64,000 bases of DNA from Candidatus Magasanikiibacteriota bacterium (lineage in GTDB: Bacteria > Patescibacteriota > Patescibacteriia > Magasanikbacterales > UBA922): positions 11,627 through 75,626 of the forward strand of contig CAILTG010000021.1 in assembly GCA_903837125.1 (NCBI GenBank), given 5' to 3'. Position 1 is the stretch's first letter. Each line of letters begins with the position of its first letter. The notes below the pieces were generated by a model. That model did not search any database. It had not been told where the DNA came from and saw only the letters and a program-made list of their open reading frames with translations. The translations under genes were made by a program, and so were the position numbers. Below, in pieces: positions 57,501 through 64,000 of this stretch.

Positions 57501-59470
57501 TCAAGCGGATCAACTACAACGGCCGAAACTGTAATAGCTACAGAACCAGTATTATTATTTTCATATTGTTCTGTAATAGACCCTGGATAATCAGCAATAA
57601 AGCAAATATAGCGTGTTCCAGCGGTAGCATTGGTCGGTATAGTCAAAGAACCAGTATCTTGTGCTCCGGTTGCACCGGCAGCCAATGTTTCAACAGAATC
57701 AGTATCCAATCGTGTGTCACTAGTATCACAAGTGCTATCGGTAGAATAATAATAACCCATAGCTGAAGAACCGGCACTACCTGTACCGGAATTTTTGACT
57801 GTTACATAGCCAGAAATAGTTTCCCCAGGTGTGACTGTAGTTTTACTTAAACTTTTTGAATTGATTATAAGGTCTGGTAATTGAACCGCTGCTGTATAAG
57901 TAATTTGAATATATGGGCTAGAATCAGTGGTATATTCTTTGGACATGAAGACAAAAAGTCTGTCTGACCAAGAAGTCGGAGGAGTAGTACCCGAAGACCA
58001 AGCATCGGCATTCTCAACAATTAAAGCATAATAACCAGTCGGATTGTTATACCAATTTTTTACAGTATTCGTTATATACCAAGCGTACCAAGTTGATGCT
58101 GGTGTCATTGTAACAGTGGCTGCAGAATCATTGGCGGAAATATTACCTCTAATATTAGTATAACTATAAGTATTGGATAAACCAGACGGAATACTGGCAG
58201 GGTTCATAGGCGACAACAACTGTTTAGCTTTTATAGAAGCACTAGCAGCAGTTCCAGAACCATTCAAGTTGTAATACATATGAAGCATAGCTTCATCTAC
58301 TGTGCCCAAAGAAGTCAATTGAGGTAAATCAAAATACAACAATGCATGCCTTGTGTACCTACTAGTTCCACTATTATATCTGCCAAAAAAAATTCTTTGG
58401 TTATTAGCTGAATTAGAATCACAATTGCCTGCTGAATTACAGATATAGCCATCACTCTGACTTACTCCATTTAGTACTCTAAAATAAAAATTCTTAAGTG
58501 TACAAGTCATGTTGTTAGCAACCACCTCACTACAACCTTTATAAACAGGATCAATAGTTACCGGATAAACACGCTCTTTATTCAAAAGATATTTTCCTTC
58601 CATCTGAATACCAACTTTAAAAATTCGAGTTTTTCTATCAAATTTTACCAATTGTTTTGGTATGTACAAATTTGGATTTTCTATAAATTCTGAAGCACGA
58701 CCACTAGCATCAAAAGCAATTGGCACACTAATATCAATACGATTGCCTTTATTATCTTTGATATATAACCCTTTTTGAGTGATATCTCTGTCGCCAACAA
58801 TAGCAGTACCATCGGCAATATAGGCAGTATCATCTACGCCAAGCTGTATTTCTTCCCAAAAAATTAAATTTTCTTTCGCAGTAATATTTGTCGGCTTTTC
58901 TTTAATAATAATATTCTTCTGTCTAGTCTGTTCACGGTCAAAAAATTGTATATCTATCCCCTTGTAAACATCCTTCAAAAGAGAAACATTTTGATCATTT
59001 TCTATTTTTTGTTCAAGTTTTACTTGAGCAGGCTTTTCACTTATCCGATTACCATAATCCAATGAACCAGCAGAAATTGCTATACTATTATTTCTTTCAA
59101 AAAAATCTAAAGTATTATAACTATAACCAGACTTAACAGCATTACTTATTCTTGAATTCACCCTTTCATTAAACAAATTCCACCCCTTTGGTCTTAACTT
59201 TAAACTACCATCTGCAGTTTTTTCCACTTGCCTAGGATTTGCATAAATTCTCATTACCTTTTTCCCATTAGCCAATTCCACCTCATCTTTAAATTGATCA
59301 ACCACTTTAAACGCCGAATCCGGCACTGTTGTCTCATCAACAGTCCTAGATGGTGTTTCTCCAATTGCCTTTATTGGCACTGTTTCGGCTTTAACCAAGA
59401 AAGGCAAAACCAAGGCGATTAATGCCAATAAGATAACCCGCATTAATTTTACTTTTAGCATACTTCTCAT
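51569..59470 (-). CDS. RHS/YD-repeat polymorphic toxin (teneurin-like). Order: signal peptide, CARDB-like and pre-peptidase-C-terminal (PPC)-like domains, long YD-repeat shell, RHS repeat-associated core, then a variable ~285-aa C-terminal toxin domain with a glycine-zipper segment.
   Basis: Signal MRSMLKVKLMRVILLALIALVLPFLVKA. Dozens of YD repeats (YTYD.LGN, YEYD..GN, Y.YD..NRL). RHS core ...YNARYYNPLLGRFLSKDPI...NNPLKYTDPSGE. C-terminal domain GAVEVAGGVTLATGGTVATGGLGAPLAVAGGVGMGVLGANNIVAG (repeated GxxxG). Confidence 0.88.
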   Translation of the reverse strand: MRSMLKVKLMRVILLALIALVLPFLVKAETVPIKAIGETPSRTVDETTVPDSAFKVVDQFKDEVELANGKKVMRIYANPRQVEKTADGSLKLRPKGWNLFNERVNSRISNAVKSGYSYNTLDFFERNNSIAISAGSLDYGNRISEKPAQVKLEQKIENDQNVSLLKDVYKGIDIQFFDREQTRQKNIIIKEKPTNITAKENLIFWEEIQLGVDDTAYIADGTAIVGDRDITQKGLYIKDNKGNRIDISVPIAFDASGRASEFIENPNLYIPKQLVKFDRKTRIFKVGIQMEGKYLLNKERVYPVTIDPVYKGCSEVVANNMTCTLKNFYFRVLNGVSQSDGYICNSAGNCDSNSANNQRIFFGRYNSGTSRYTRHALLYFDLPQLTSLGTVDEAMLHMYYNLNGSGTAASASIKAKQLLSPMNPASIPSGLSNTYSYTNIRGNISANDSAATVTMTPASTWYAWYITNTVKNWYNNPTGYYALIVENADAWSSGTTPPTSWSDRLFVFMSKEYTTDSSPYIQITYTAAVQLPDLIINSKSLSKTTVTPGETISGYVTVKNSGTGSAGSSAMGYYYSTDSTCDTSDTRLDTDSVETLAAGATGAQDTGSLTIPTNATAGTRYICFIADYPGSITEQYENNNTGSVAITVSAVVVDPLEPNNTYSQAYNIGTATTYTNNSLQLTTSDQDWFKFTYNSKVYYFKARGLNTSDVGAYGISFARSGSVVTIQTVQVSGSVDTYLELYDSNATTLLAENDDYTGVFSRVVYDLNPLPDLKPSNGTITSAGTLYGGNQIAYSYTIENLGTTASNGVVHSAGIVDVSNGNTYGLLNESPSSWNLIAGYSGTKTMTANIEDNCSMPYEANYQVSITLDPSNNISESNESNNISNTSNNIKIRRYSTCGGGGGSTPAPDFDSDSYYDSEEYYAGTKITAVDAKPIKDAQYASYTSKKTDLLAYNFAADPVNIRTGAFEFTQTDFSLPGRGEAINFTRTYNSRLFDRNNRMGNGWAHSYNMYYYQDPISKNIEIYLGGASVATYTTTDGGATYTPPVGEFDNLYWENSRLVYQKLDGIKYIFSGTVNAISANMGVLENIVDTNGNVTALTYTSVRSMPLLTTITDASGRSIAFSYGSASDDAKWDKIVRIQDNVNSANPVVITYEYDANSNLVHVQSNRIYNGVSETIDKNFTYTADGKMLTYTDPRGTILYNTFDSNGRVTEQWEYNPNVDAVGAKRKVYTLDYQVADAGIVGSTHCTLVKNYRDLNNFYSDRVCFNSGELKIYQERGTNIEKWAYSALGMPISYTDGNNNIISYEYDTKRRLSKETLPDTTYHTVNTFVYEDTFNRMTRKTETVSLASTPTVPVETKVTNYAYDSYGNLVTLTDPTSNIERREYNTNGTLKKYTSKTGQVVNYTYDAAGNYLASESLIVNQADATTQTVTKNYLYDVYGNRVRYTDPKGNAYNFEYDTKGNLRKAINPDNTYQTFIYDVEDHKLSATDELGRTTVYVYDKDINASLLSVTKSGSAILSQYDWVGNKLKDQDALNREIVYVYDSANRIISKTDPVKTITYEYYNNGQVKKETNTGGARADYFYDVRGNNIEVRKYYDASNYLANKFEYDGFNRKIKDVDGKNNVTIYSYDLMDHLLQADDALNGHTKYFYDANGNKTGELNPRGFLSVSNRNSLGTSVSYVYDGANRVIKKIDANDKYTLYFYDANGNLVKTIDRQNSNGTSNTHVINYLYDNLNRQTKITDALGNFSSQTYDGVGNVLSKTDQMSRIWTYTYDAFNRLTDEFDPANNNTHYTYDKAGNKLTVTDSQSKITQFQYDSLNRLIKVIDSLNNYEDYGYDLLNNKISLKDKRGFTTNYAYDKLNRLTSETNSQNTVINYTYDANSNRLTENIAGKITSYEYDQLNRVNKRIEPGNKVFTFGYDENSNKISELNANSNSVSYTYDKLERLTKKTLPEGEINYGYDQWNNLLSLSDLSGTTAYTYDVLNRNTNEAKTIIGLAGTFNVGREYFVDSGLKSITDAANKKINYNYNNRALLDNVVYASNNLAVYTYTSFGKPLTVTYGNGTVTTYTYDESQRPKSVETKLGVNILFRQDYTYDKESNRTQMVELKLTDGQLTSSTVNYAYDSISQVTNADYNHLATGQNLAYNYDAWGNRTNYHTAFGTTTYNYNANTNEIFGLSLNNKLNVAYATDNNGNIIQENYSLLGKNTKTVNYNWNSENKLNSITYQIPNQTNNVSAFVYDDFGNRVKKAVNGDNTYYLNNGLTVLNEVSATGTILKTMVNGLGSIAEIDQNNNLQYLNQDILGSTVLVTNNTGAIVHQYSYDPFGSIASELGEDSNTSNYLYTGQEFDAESELYYYNARYYNPLLGRFLSKDPIIHRGDGVLGYNEYIYVKNNPLKYTDPSGEINWDLLWEGTKQTVLGGLNTVFGAVEVAGGVTLATGGTVATGGLGAPLAVAGGVGMGVLGANNIVAGTTQLSGGVVNMWNSIFDEKEEAVDYTFNPAHEAINATTEKGSVLNTSLNVGYDVVDVFAGFKATSVVSKLLPAKQIKLVETENTLLKVNAGSKPDLSILEKVSGGLRAHIGFHPTSAAGSPYWHLGLSGFESAVHIPLVPIVSIVKGITSYNTYNSNLVNFDDK

Positions 59471-59478
59471 ATATAAAA

Positions 59479-59500
59479 AAACCGCACAATAGTGCGGTAA
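59479..59500 (-). terminator. Strong hairpin (terminator/attenuator-like) abutting the RHS start codon
   Basis: accgcac aata gtgcggt, followed on the minus strand by TTTTTTTATATAT and then the RHS ATG. Confidence 0.4.
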
Positions 59501-59595
59501 ATTAGTAATAAATAATAATTGAAAAAATTGGCTTATTAAACGATTTAATGAATTGTATTTCTGAAAAAATACCCATACAAGTTTAACCTAATAAA

Positions 59596-59640
59596 CTTAA
59601 CTTGAATTAAGTTAACCACTAGTAGTGTTTTTTGTCAAAG
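59596..59640 (-). promoter_or_regulatory. Candidate RHS promoter: minus-strand TTGACA, 17 nt spacer, TTAACT, overlapped by the perfect palindrome TTAACTTGAATTAAGTTAA (operator-like).
   Basis: Minus strand cTTTGACAaaaaacactactagtggTTAACTtaattcaagttaag. Confidence 0.3.
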
Positions 59641-59681
59641 ACCGGCTGTTAATAACCTGTGACTTCATTATTTTCTATTTC

Positions 59682-60068
59682 TTAATCCACCGGGATCACA
59701 TATTTCCTCAGCACAAACTTATCCGGCATTCTTTCCACATATATACTAATTTGTTCAAACATAATCGGCGTGATTCCAATATCTATATTATTCTCAAAAC
59801 AATAACTTTGGCAAGCTTTAAAAAACTTCTTCATTTTTTCTTCATCCACAGCTCGTTCGGCACTGCCCTCGCCATAACTTCTGGTTTTTACTTCTATAAA
59901 CGATAATTTTTTTAATTTATCATAATTATCATAATGGCTGGCAATAATATCCACCTCACCTTGAGGTATAGAATAATTACGCTTAACAATTTCATAACCA
60001 GCTTTAATTAAAAAAAGTGAGGCCTGCTCCTCACCCCACTGTCCCAATTTTTGCTTAGCGGTCTGCAT
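59682..60068 (-). CDS. yraN: YraN-family (UPF0102) endonuclease-like protein
   Basis: LGQWGEEQASLFLIKAGYEIVKRNYS...GEVDIIASH.......FIEVKTR matches the YraN family. Confidence 0.65.
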   Translation of the reverse strand: MQTAKQKLGQWGEEQASLFLIKAGYEIVKRNYSIPQGEVDIIASHYDNYDKLKKLSFIEVKTRSYGEGSAERAVDEEKMKKFFKACQSYCFENNIDIGITPIMFEQISIYVERMPDKFVLRKYVIPVD

Positions 60069-60076
60069 AAATTACA

Positions 60077-60104
60077 AATTTGAAATTTTCAATTTGAAAT
60101 TTAA
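60077..60104. repeat. Intergenic copy of the AATTTGA heptamer repeat in a partly inverted arrangement
   Basis: aaatttgaaattttcaatttgaaattta, immediately upstream of the yraN start. Confidence 0.8.
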
Positions 60105-60137
60105 AAACAATTTATAATTTTAAATTAAAAATTATTA

Positions 60138-60689
60138 CTAATCGTGTTTATAAAACACCATTCCCCTAAGATAATTGCCAACTGCAAAATCTTCTTGTAA
60201 AACCAAACCATGAGTAGTAATCCACAATTTAGTTTGTTCAAAATTTACTAAATTTTCTGCTGCTGGAGCAAATGGTAAATTACTACCAGCCCAATCCACT
60301 ATGAGCAATCTAGATTTACTTTTTAACAATCTTAAAACTTCCTGTAAAAAAGAACCATTATCTTTTACCTGATTTAAAACGTTTATGACAAAAGCAACAT
60401 CCAAAGTATGAGCAGGAATGGCGGTATAACCAACCCGTTCTAAATCCGCCCAAACTGTTTGCACATTTATTAAGTTGGAATCTTGTGCCCGCTTTTTAAT
60501 CATTTGAAGCACATCTTTCAAAACATCCACCGCATAAATAACTCCTCGTTCACCAACAATTGCCGAAGCAGTGAAAACAACATGGCCAGTGCGGCCGCAA
60601 CCCAAATCAGCAGTATGCATTCCTTCACGCAATTGCACTTTTTCAAATAACAGAGAGGGATCAATTAATTTATTGCCAGAGTGATACAT
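60138..60689 (-). CDS. Class I SAM-dependent methyltransferase
   Basis: Motif I ADLGCGRTGHVVFTASAIVGERGVIYAVDV. Confidence 0.65.
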   Translation of the reverse strand: MYHSGNKLIDPSLLFEKVQLREGMHTADLGCGRTGHVVFTASAIVGERGVIYAVDVLKDVLQMIKKRAQDSNLINVQTVWADLERVGYTAIPAHTLDVAFVINVLNQVKDNGSFLQEVLRLLKSKSRLLIVDWAGSNLPFAPAAENLVNFEQTKLWITTHGLVLQEDFAVGNYLRGMVFYKHD

Positions 60690-60722
60690 AACATTGAGAC
60701 AATATATATTGTATGCTGTTAA

Positions 60723-60971
60723 TTATTTATTAAGACCAAACAATCTACCAAAAGTATTTAAAATTACTGTACCCAACATGCCTGTCATACCCATCATTGA
60801 GAGCACAATAAAAATAATCCCAATTAATTTGTACATCAACCGCGAACCACCCGAAGTACCTAAATGTTGTTCAGCCCAATCAATAGCACCAAAATTCTGC
60901 AAAAACCACTCAGTTTTAATTACCAAGACTACCCCCAACAAAATTACTAAAACACCAAAAAAATACATCAT
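60723..60971 (-). CDS. Small two-TM membrane protein (hypothetical). A plus-strand ORF 60694..61005 overlaps, but the minus-strand ORF looks more protein-like.
   Basis: MMYFFGVLVILLGVVLVIKTEW...LIGIIFIVLSMMGMTGMLGTVIL: two clear TM helices. Confidence 0.4.
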   Translation of the reverse strand: MMYFFGVLVILLGVVLVIKTEWFLQNFGAIDWAEQHLGTSGGSRLMYKLIGIIFIVLSMMGMTGMLGTVILNTFGRLFGLNK

Positions 60972-61119
60972 AAAATTGCTAATTTTTTACACAAATAAAC
61001 ACTAATAGCTACATTATACACAATTTAACCTAACCACTCAACCACCTGACTACCATATCACACAAAAGACACCCTAGAAGGGCGTCTTTAATAATTTCTA
61101 ATCTAAACTCTCCAATAAT

Positions 61120-61518
61120 TTATTTCTCTTTATGAAAAATTGCATCTTTAATTAGGGGTACTGCTAAATCGAGCGTATCATAAAACTCTGGCGGCTGTTT
61201 TGCCAACCTTGGATTAATAATCGGCTGGCCAGTAGAAGCATCTTTTCCAATTGATAAATCATAAAGAGCCAAACTTACAAACATATCAAAACCCTTCTCA
61301 GTTAAATTACCACTCTGATATTGTGCTAAGAAGTGAGCTAAATCATAAAATGCATCAGCTTCACCAGGTAAATAATTTTCCAAACTTTCCAACTTTTCCC
61401 TTGCGCTAGGAACTTTTCCCTCTACTTTTCCATCCTTTGGGGCATCCGCCCCAGAAGAAGCCACACCATTATCTACACCTGCAACAACAGGTGGACGACC
61501 ATCTGAAAAATCTCCCAT
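61120..61518 (-). CDS. Hypothetical protein
   Basis: 132-aa ORF with a Gly/Ala/Pro-rich N terminus. No motif recognised. Confidence 0.4.
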   Translation of the reverse strand: MGDFSDGRPPVVAGVDNGVASSGADAPKDGKVEGKVPSAREKLESLENYLPGEADAFYDLAHFLAQYQSGNLTEKGFDMFVSLALYDLSIGKDASTGQPIINPRLAKQPPEFYDTLDLAVPLIKDAIFHKEK

Positions 61519-61667
61519 ATCTATATAATTAAGTAAATAAATTACTCATTACCGACAATATTATAGCACATTTTTACTATTTTGTCAATATCGTTTTTTG
61601 ACTAATTTAAGCCAAAGATGCACTTTCGTACGTCTCAACTTTATAAACTTTATGAACTCTAAAAACT

Positions 61668-62999
61668 CTAATACACTTCCAAATACCGTTCCCTCTCCCA
61701 TTCGCTAACATGAATTCTAAAATCGTCCCATTCTTTCATCTTGATATCATAATAACGCTTAAATATTTCTTCACCCAAAACAGCTTTAATTAAATCATCT
61801 TTGGCCAAGGCACGAAGAGCGCCATATAAATCACGTGGCACCGTATCAATACCGCGATTAATAATTTCTTCTGGCGTCATTTCGTAAGTGGATTCTTCAA
61901 CTGGTGCTGGAGCCTTAAGACCTTTTTTAATACCATCTAACCCAGCAGCCAACATTACGGCATAAGCCAAATAAGGATTGCAAGTTGGATCTGGGCAGCG
62001 TAATTCACAACGAGTAGAACTAGGTTTTTCTGGATTAACTCTAGGAATTCTAATTAAAGCCGAACGATTGGTTTGTCCCCAAGAAATATACACTGGCGCT
62101 TCATAACCCACCACCAAACGCTTATATGAATTTACTGTAGGATTGGTGATAGCATTCATGGCTTTAATATGTGCCAATTGTCCAGCAATAAATTGCAAAG
62201 CAATATCTGATAAATTATATTTATTCTCGGCTGAGAAAAAAGCGTTTTTGCCGTTTTGAAACAAGCTCTGATTAGTATGCATGCCAGAACCGTTAATTCC
62301 AAAAAATGGCTTAGCCATAAAAGTAGTATGCAAACCCATTTTTTGGGCCACCATTTTTAAAGCATATTTAAAAGTCATGGTATTATCAGCGGTTTTAATC
62401 GGTTCATCATATTTAAAATTAATTTCATGCTGGCCATCAGCCACTTCATGATGGAGTGCTTCCACATCCATGCCAAAACCCTGAAGAGCCAAGCTCATGG
62501 CGTTGCGCACTGCTGAGGCGCCATCAATGGTCTGATCAAAATATCCTGCTTTATCATGTGGTAATTTAGCCAAGGTGCCATCCTCATTTCTTTTTAACAA
62601 AAAGAACTCTAATTCCGGCGCCACAAAATAATCAAGACCTAATTTTTTAGCTTCCATCACTTGGCGTTTCAAAATATAACGTGGATCACCCACAAATGGC
62701 TCTCCATCTGGCATAAAAACATCACAAACAATTCTGGCCTCGGCATAACCATTATTTTTAGTCCAAGGAATAACTTTAAATGTTTGTAAATCCGGACGGA
62801 GCAACATGTCTGATTCAGAAATTCTCGCAAAACCTTCAATTGATGAACCATCAAACCACTTACCATGTTCTATTACTTCCCCCAATTGATGCACTGGAAT
62901 AGTTACGGCTTTTAAAATTCCCAAAAGATCAGAAAACTGCAGGTGTACAAACTTCACCCGATGTTTGATTATTTCCTCCTTGATTTGTTCAATTTGCAT
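61668..62999 (-). CDS. glnA: Glutamine synthetase type I
   Basis: MQIEQIKEEIIKHRVKFVHLQFSDLLGILKAVTIP beta-grasp N terminus. GS catalytic region ...NGSGMHTNQSLF... and a C-terminal adenylylation-loop region. The start is taken at MQIEQ (62999), because the longer ORF would overlap tRNA-Asn. Confidence 0.9.
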   Translation of the reverse strand: MQIEQIKEEIIKHRVKFVHLQFSDLLGILKAVTIPVHQLGEVIEHGKWFDGSSIEGFARISESDMLLRPDLQTFKVIPWTKNNGYAEARIVCDVFMPDGEPFVGDPRYILKRQVMEAKKLGLDYFVAPELEFFLLKRNEDGTLAKLPHDKAGYFDQTIDGASAVRNAMSLALQGFGMDVEALHHEVADGQHEINFKYDEPIKTADNTMTFKYALKMVAQKMGLHTTFMAKPFFGINGSGMHTNQSLFQNGKNAFFSAENKYNLSDIALQFIAGQLAHIKAMNAITNPTVNSYKRLVVGYEAPVYISWGQTNRSALIRIPRVNPEKPSSTRCELRCPDPTCNPYLAYAVMLAAGLDGIKKGLKAPAPVEESTYEMTPEEIINRGIDTVPRDLYGALRALAKDDLIKAVLGEEIFKRYYDIKMKEWDDFRIHVSEWERERYLEVY

Positions 63000-63023
63000 A
63001 TGATTTAAATTAAAATTAATCTG

Positions 63024-63095
63024 CTGCCAGGGAAGGAATCGAACCCTCACTAACCTCGTTAACAGCGAGGCGTTTTACCATTAAACTACCTGGCA
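63024..63095 (-). tRNA. tRNA-Asn (anticodon GTT)
   Basis: Reverse complement TGCCAGGTAGTTTAATGGTAAAACGCCTCGCTGTTAACGAGGTTAGTGAGGGTTCGATTCCTTCCCTGGCAG. Acceptor TGCCAGG/CCTGGCA. Anticodon loop CTGTTAA. T loop TTCGATT. U1-A72 as in E. coli tRNA-Asn. Confidence 0.85.
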
Positions 63096-63107
63096 ATAAA
63101 AAAAGAT

Positions 63108-63130
63108 AAACCCGCCAGTGAGGCGGGTTT
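63108..63130. terminator. Hairpin terminator (bidirectional) between tRNA-Asn and the GDSL hydrolase gene
   Basis: aaacccgcc agtgag gcgggttt, flanked by an A-run (63096-63107) and T-rich sequence. Confidence 0.45.
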
Positions 63131-63367
63131 AGTTGTTTATGTAGATAAGCAAACTAGGCCCGTCTCTTGGGTTTATTATTATTATTGTTATTATTGTTCT
63201 GAATATATAATTTCATAACATATTTACTTTAGCACAGTAAAATAATACTGGCAAATTGGTTATCCCCAGGGTATGATTCCAACCTAGTTAACCTAGCCAA
63301 CTTTAACAACTCAGCTTCATTGACCAATTTTCATAATTTTTATATACTTGAGACATTAAAATATTCT

Positions 63368-64000
63368 ATGAAAAAAATACTTCTAATAATTTTGGTAATC
63401 ATTATTGCCGTGGCAATTTACCTAAATCGCGCTTATGCACATATTTATAATATGATTGGCGAAAAAAATCTTCTGGCTCCCACAGAAAAAAACTACACAG
63501 TTGGTGATAAGAATGCCAAAAATAAAATAAAAATTGTCTTTTTAGGCGATAGTTTAACTGCAGGGGTTGGTGCAAGTTCATTTCAAAACACCTACCCCTA
63601 TTTAGTTGCTGAAAAAATTTCGCAAATTGAAAAAGTACCAGTAGAAGTAATAAATCTAGGTACACCAGGAGCAAAAACAATTGACGTTTTAAACAACCAA
63701 ATAAAAATTGCCAACGAATTTCAACCAAATAAAATTTATGTTTTCATTGGCATTAACGACATGCATAATCGAATTTCAATAAACAAAATGAAAAACAACC
63801 TAGAAAAAATTATTACCAGCTTAAATTTAGACAAAAAAAATATATATTTAATCAACATACCTTATCTAGGGTCGTTTCTACCACCTTACAAAATATATTT
63901 TGACTGGCAAACAAAAAAATATAATCAAATGTTTAGTGATCTTAAAAATACTGGAGTAAATTTTGTTGATCTTTTTTCCAGAACTAAAAACAATTTTTAC
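63368..64000 (+). CDS. SGNH/GDSL hydrolase-family protein (lipase/acylhydrolase-like), N-terminal TM/signal anchor; 3' end truncated by the window edge.
   Basis: MKKILLIILVIIIAVAIYL ... IKIVFLGDSLTAGVG (GDSL block I) ... open to the window end. Not in the ORF track because it has no stop. The antisense ORF 63402..63728 is rejected. Confidence 0.7.
   Translation, partial: MKKILLIILVIIIAVAIYLNRAYAHIYNMIGEKNLLAPTEKNYTVGDKNAKNKIKIVFLGDSLTAGVGASSFQNTYPYLVAEKISQIEKVPVEVINLGTPGAKTIDVLNNQIKIANEFQPNKIYVFIGINDMHNRISINKMKNNLEKIITSLNLDKKNIYLINIPYLGSFLPPYKIYFDWQTKKYNQMFSDLKNTGVNFVDLFSRTKNNFY

Noticed and set aside
51569-59470. Intein or self-splicing element within the very long RHS or LamG ORFs
   Set aside because: No Hint-domain or endonuclease motifs (C/S…HN, LAGLIDADG) were seen. 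The length is explained by YD and LamG repeats.
60694-61005. 103-aa plus-strand ORF overlapping the minus-strand 82-aa ORF
   Set aside because: The minus-strand product has two clean TM helices and a catcat double-Met start. The plus-strand translation is Lys/Pro/Ile-rich without structure. This was kept as low confidence either way.
62999-63050. Extended glnA start (MRVRFLPWQQINFNLNH…)
   Set aside because: The extension overlaps tRNA-Asn (63024-63095). The conserved GlnA N terminus begins at MQIEQIKEE, so the start was moved to 62999.
63402-63728. 108-aa minus-strand ORF
   Set aside because: Lies antisense to a plus-strand open frame beginning at 63368 that contains a clear GDSL motif (FLGDSLTAGVG) and an N-terminal TM anchor. 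The minus ORF translation (L/F-rich) is a shadow.

Overview
This window is AT-rich (roughly one-third GC by eye) and gene-dense, with most genes on the minus strand. Its architecture is typical of a small-genome, CPR/Patescibacteria-like bacterium. From left to right (plus coordinates) it contains:
- the 5' end of a PilB/GspE-type secretion ATPase gene;
- a divergent PAS histidine kinase plus a single-domain response regulator;
- two large membrane-anchored surface proteins;
- a surface-polysaccharide cluster: asparaginase-family gene, three GT4 glycosyltransferases, a secreted protein and a WbaP-type priming sugar transferase;
- RNase P RNA (rnpB) with its own consensus promoter;
- the proA-proB-proC operon;
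- tRNA-Leu(GAG);
- a lipid-kinase gene, bactofilin and a second histidine kinase;
- an unusual operon: VKOR-like protein, class-2 (quinone) dihydroorotate dehydrogenase, amino-acid dehydrogenase, PaaK/F390-synthetase-like adenylating enzyme, ThiF/E1-like protein and a two-domain nitroreductase-like protein;
- argS, tyrS and valS;
- two tandem iPGM (gpmI) paralogs;
- a ~0.75 kb GC-rich foreign island with its own promoter, palindromic operator and terminator, encoding a small membrane protein;
- yidC and nusA;
- surface/secreted proteins, including a 1378-aa LamG-repeat adhesin-like protein and a membrane-anchored ClpB-D1-only AAA+ protein;
- a 7.9 kb RHS/YD-repeat polymorphic toxin gene with downstream immunity-like small ORFs;
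- yraN, a methyltransferase, glnA, tRNA-Asn(GTT) and the 5' part of a GDSL hydrolase gene.

The most striking signals are genome-wide rather than single-gene:
- Families of short heptanucleotide tandem repeats — (AATTTGA)n, (TCTGAGT)n, (AATCTYA/GTCTTAG)n and ATTAGTG — sit in frame inside conserved genes (GT4, argS, valS) as well as in intergenic DNA and inside rnpB.
- GC-rich palindromic elements are inserted in frame in a GT4 gene and in valS, resembling Rickettsia palindromic elements (RPE).
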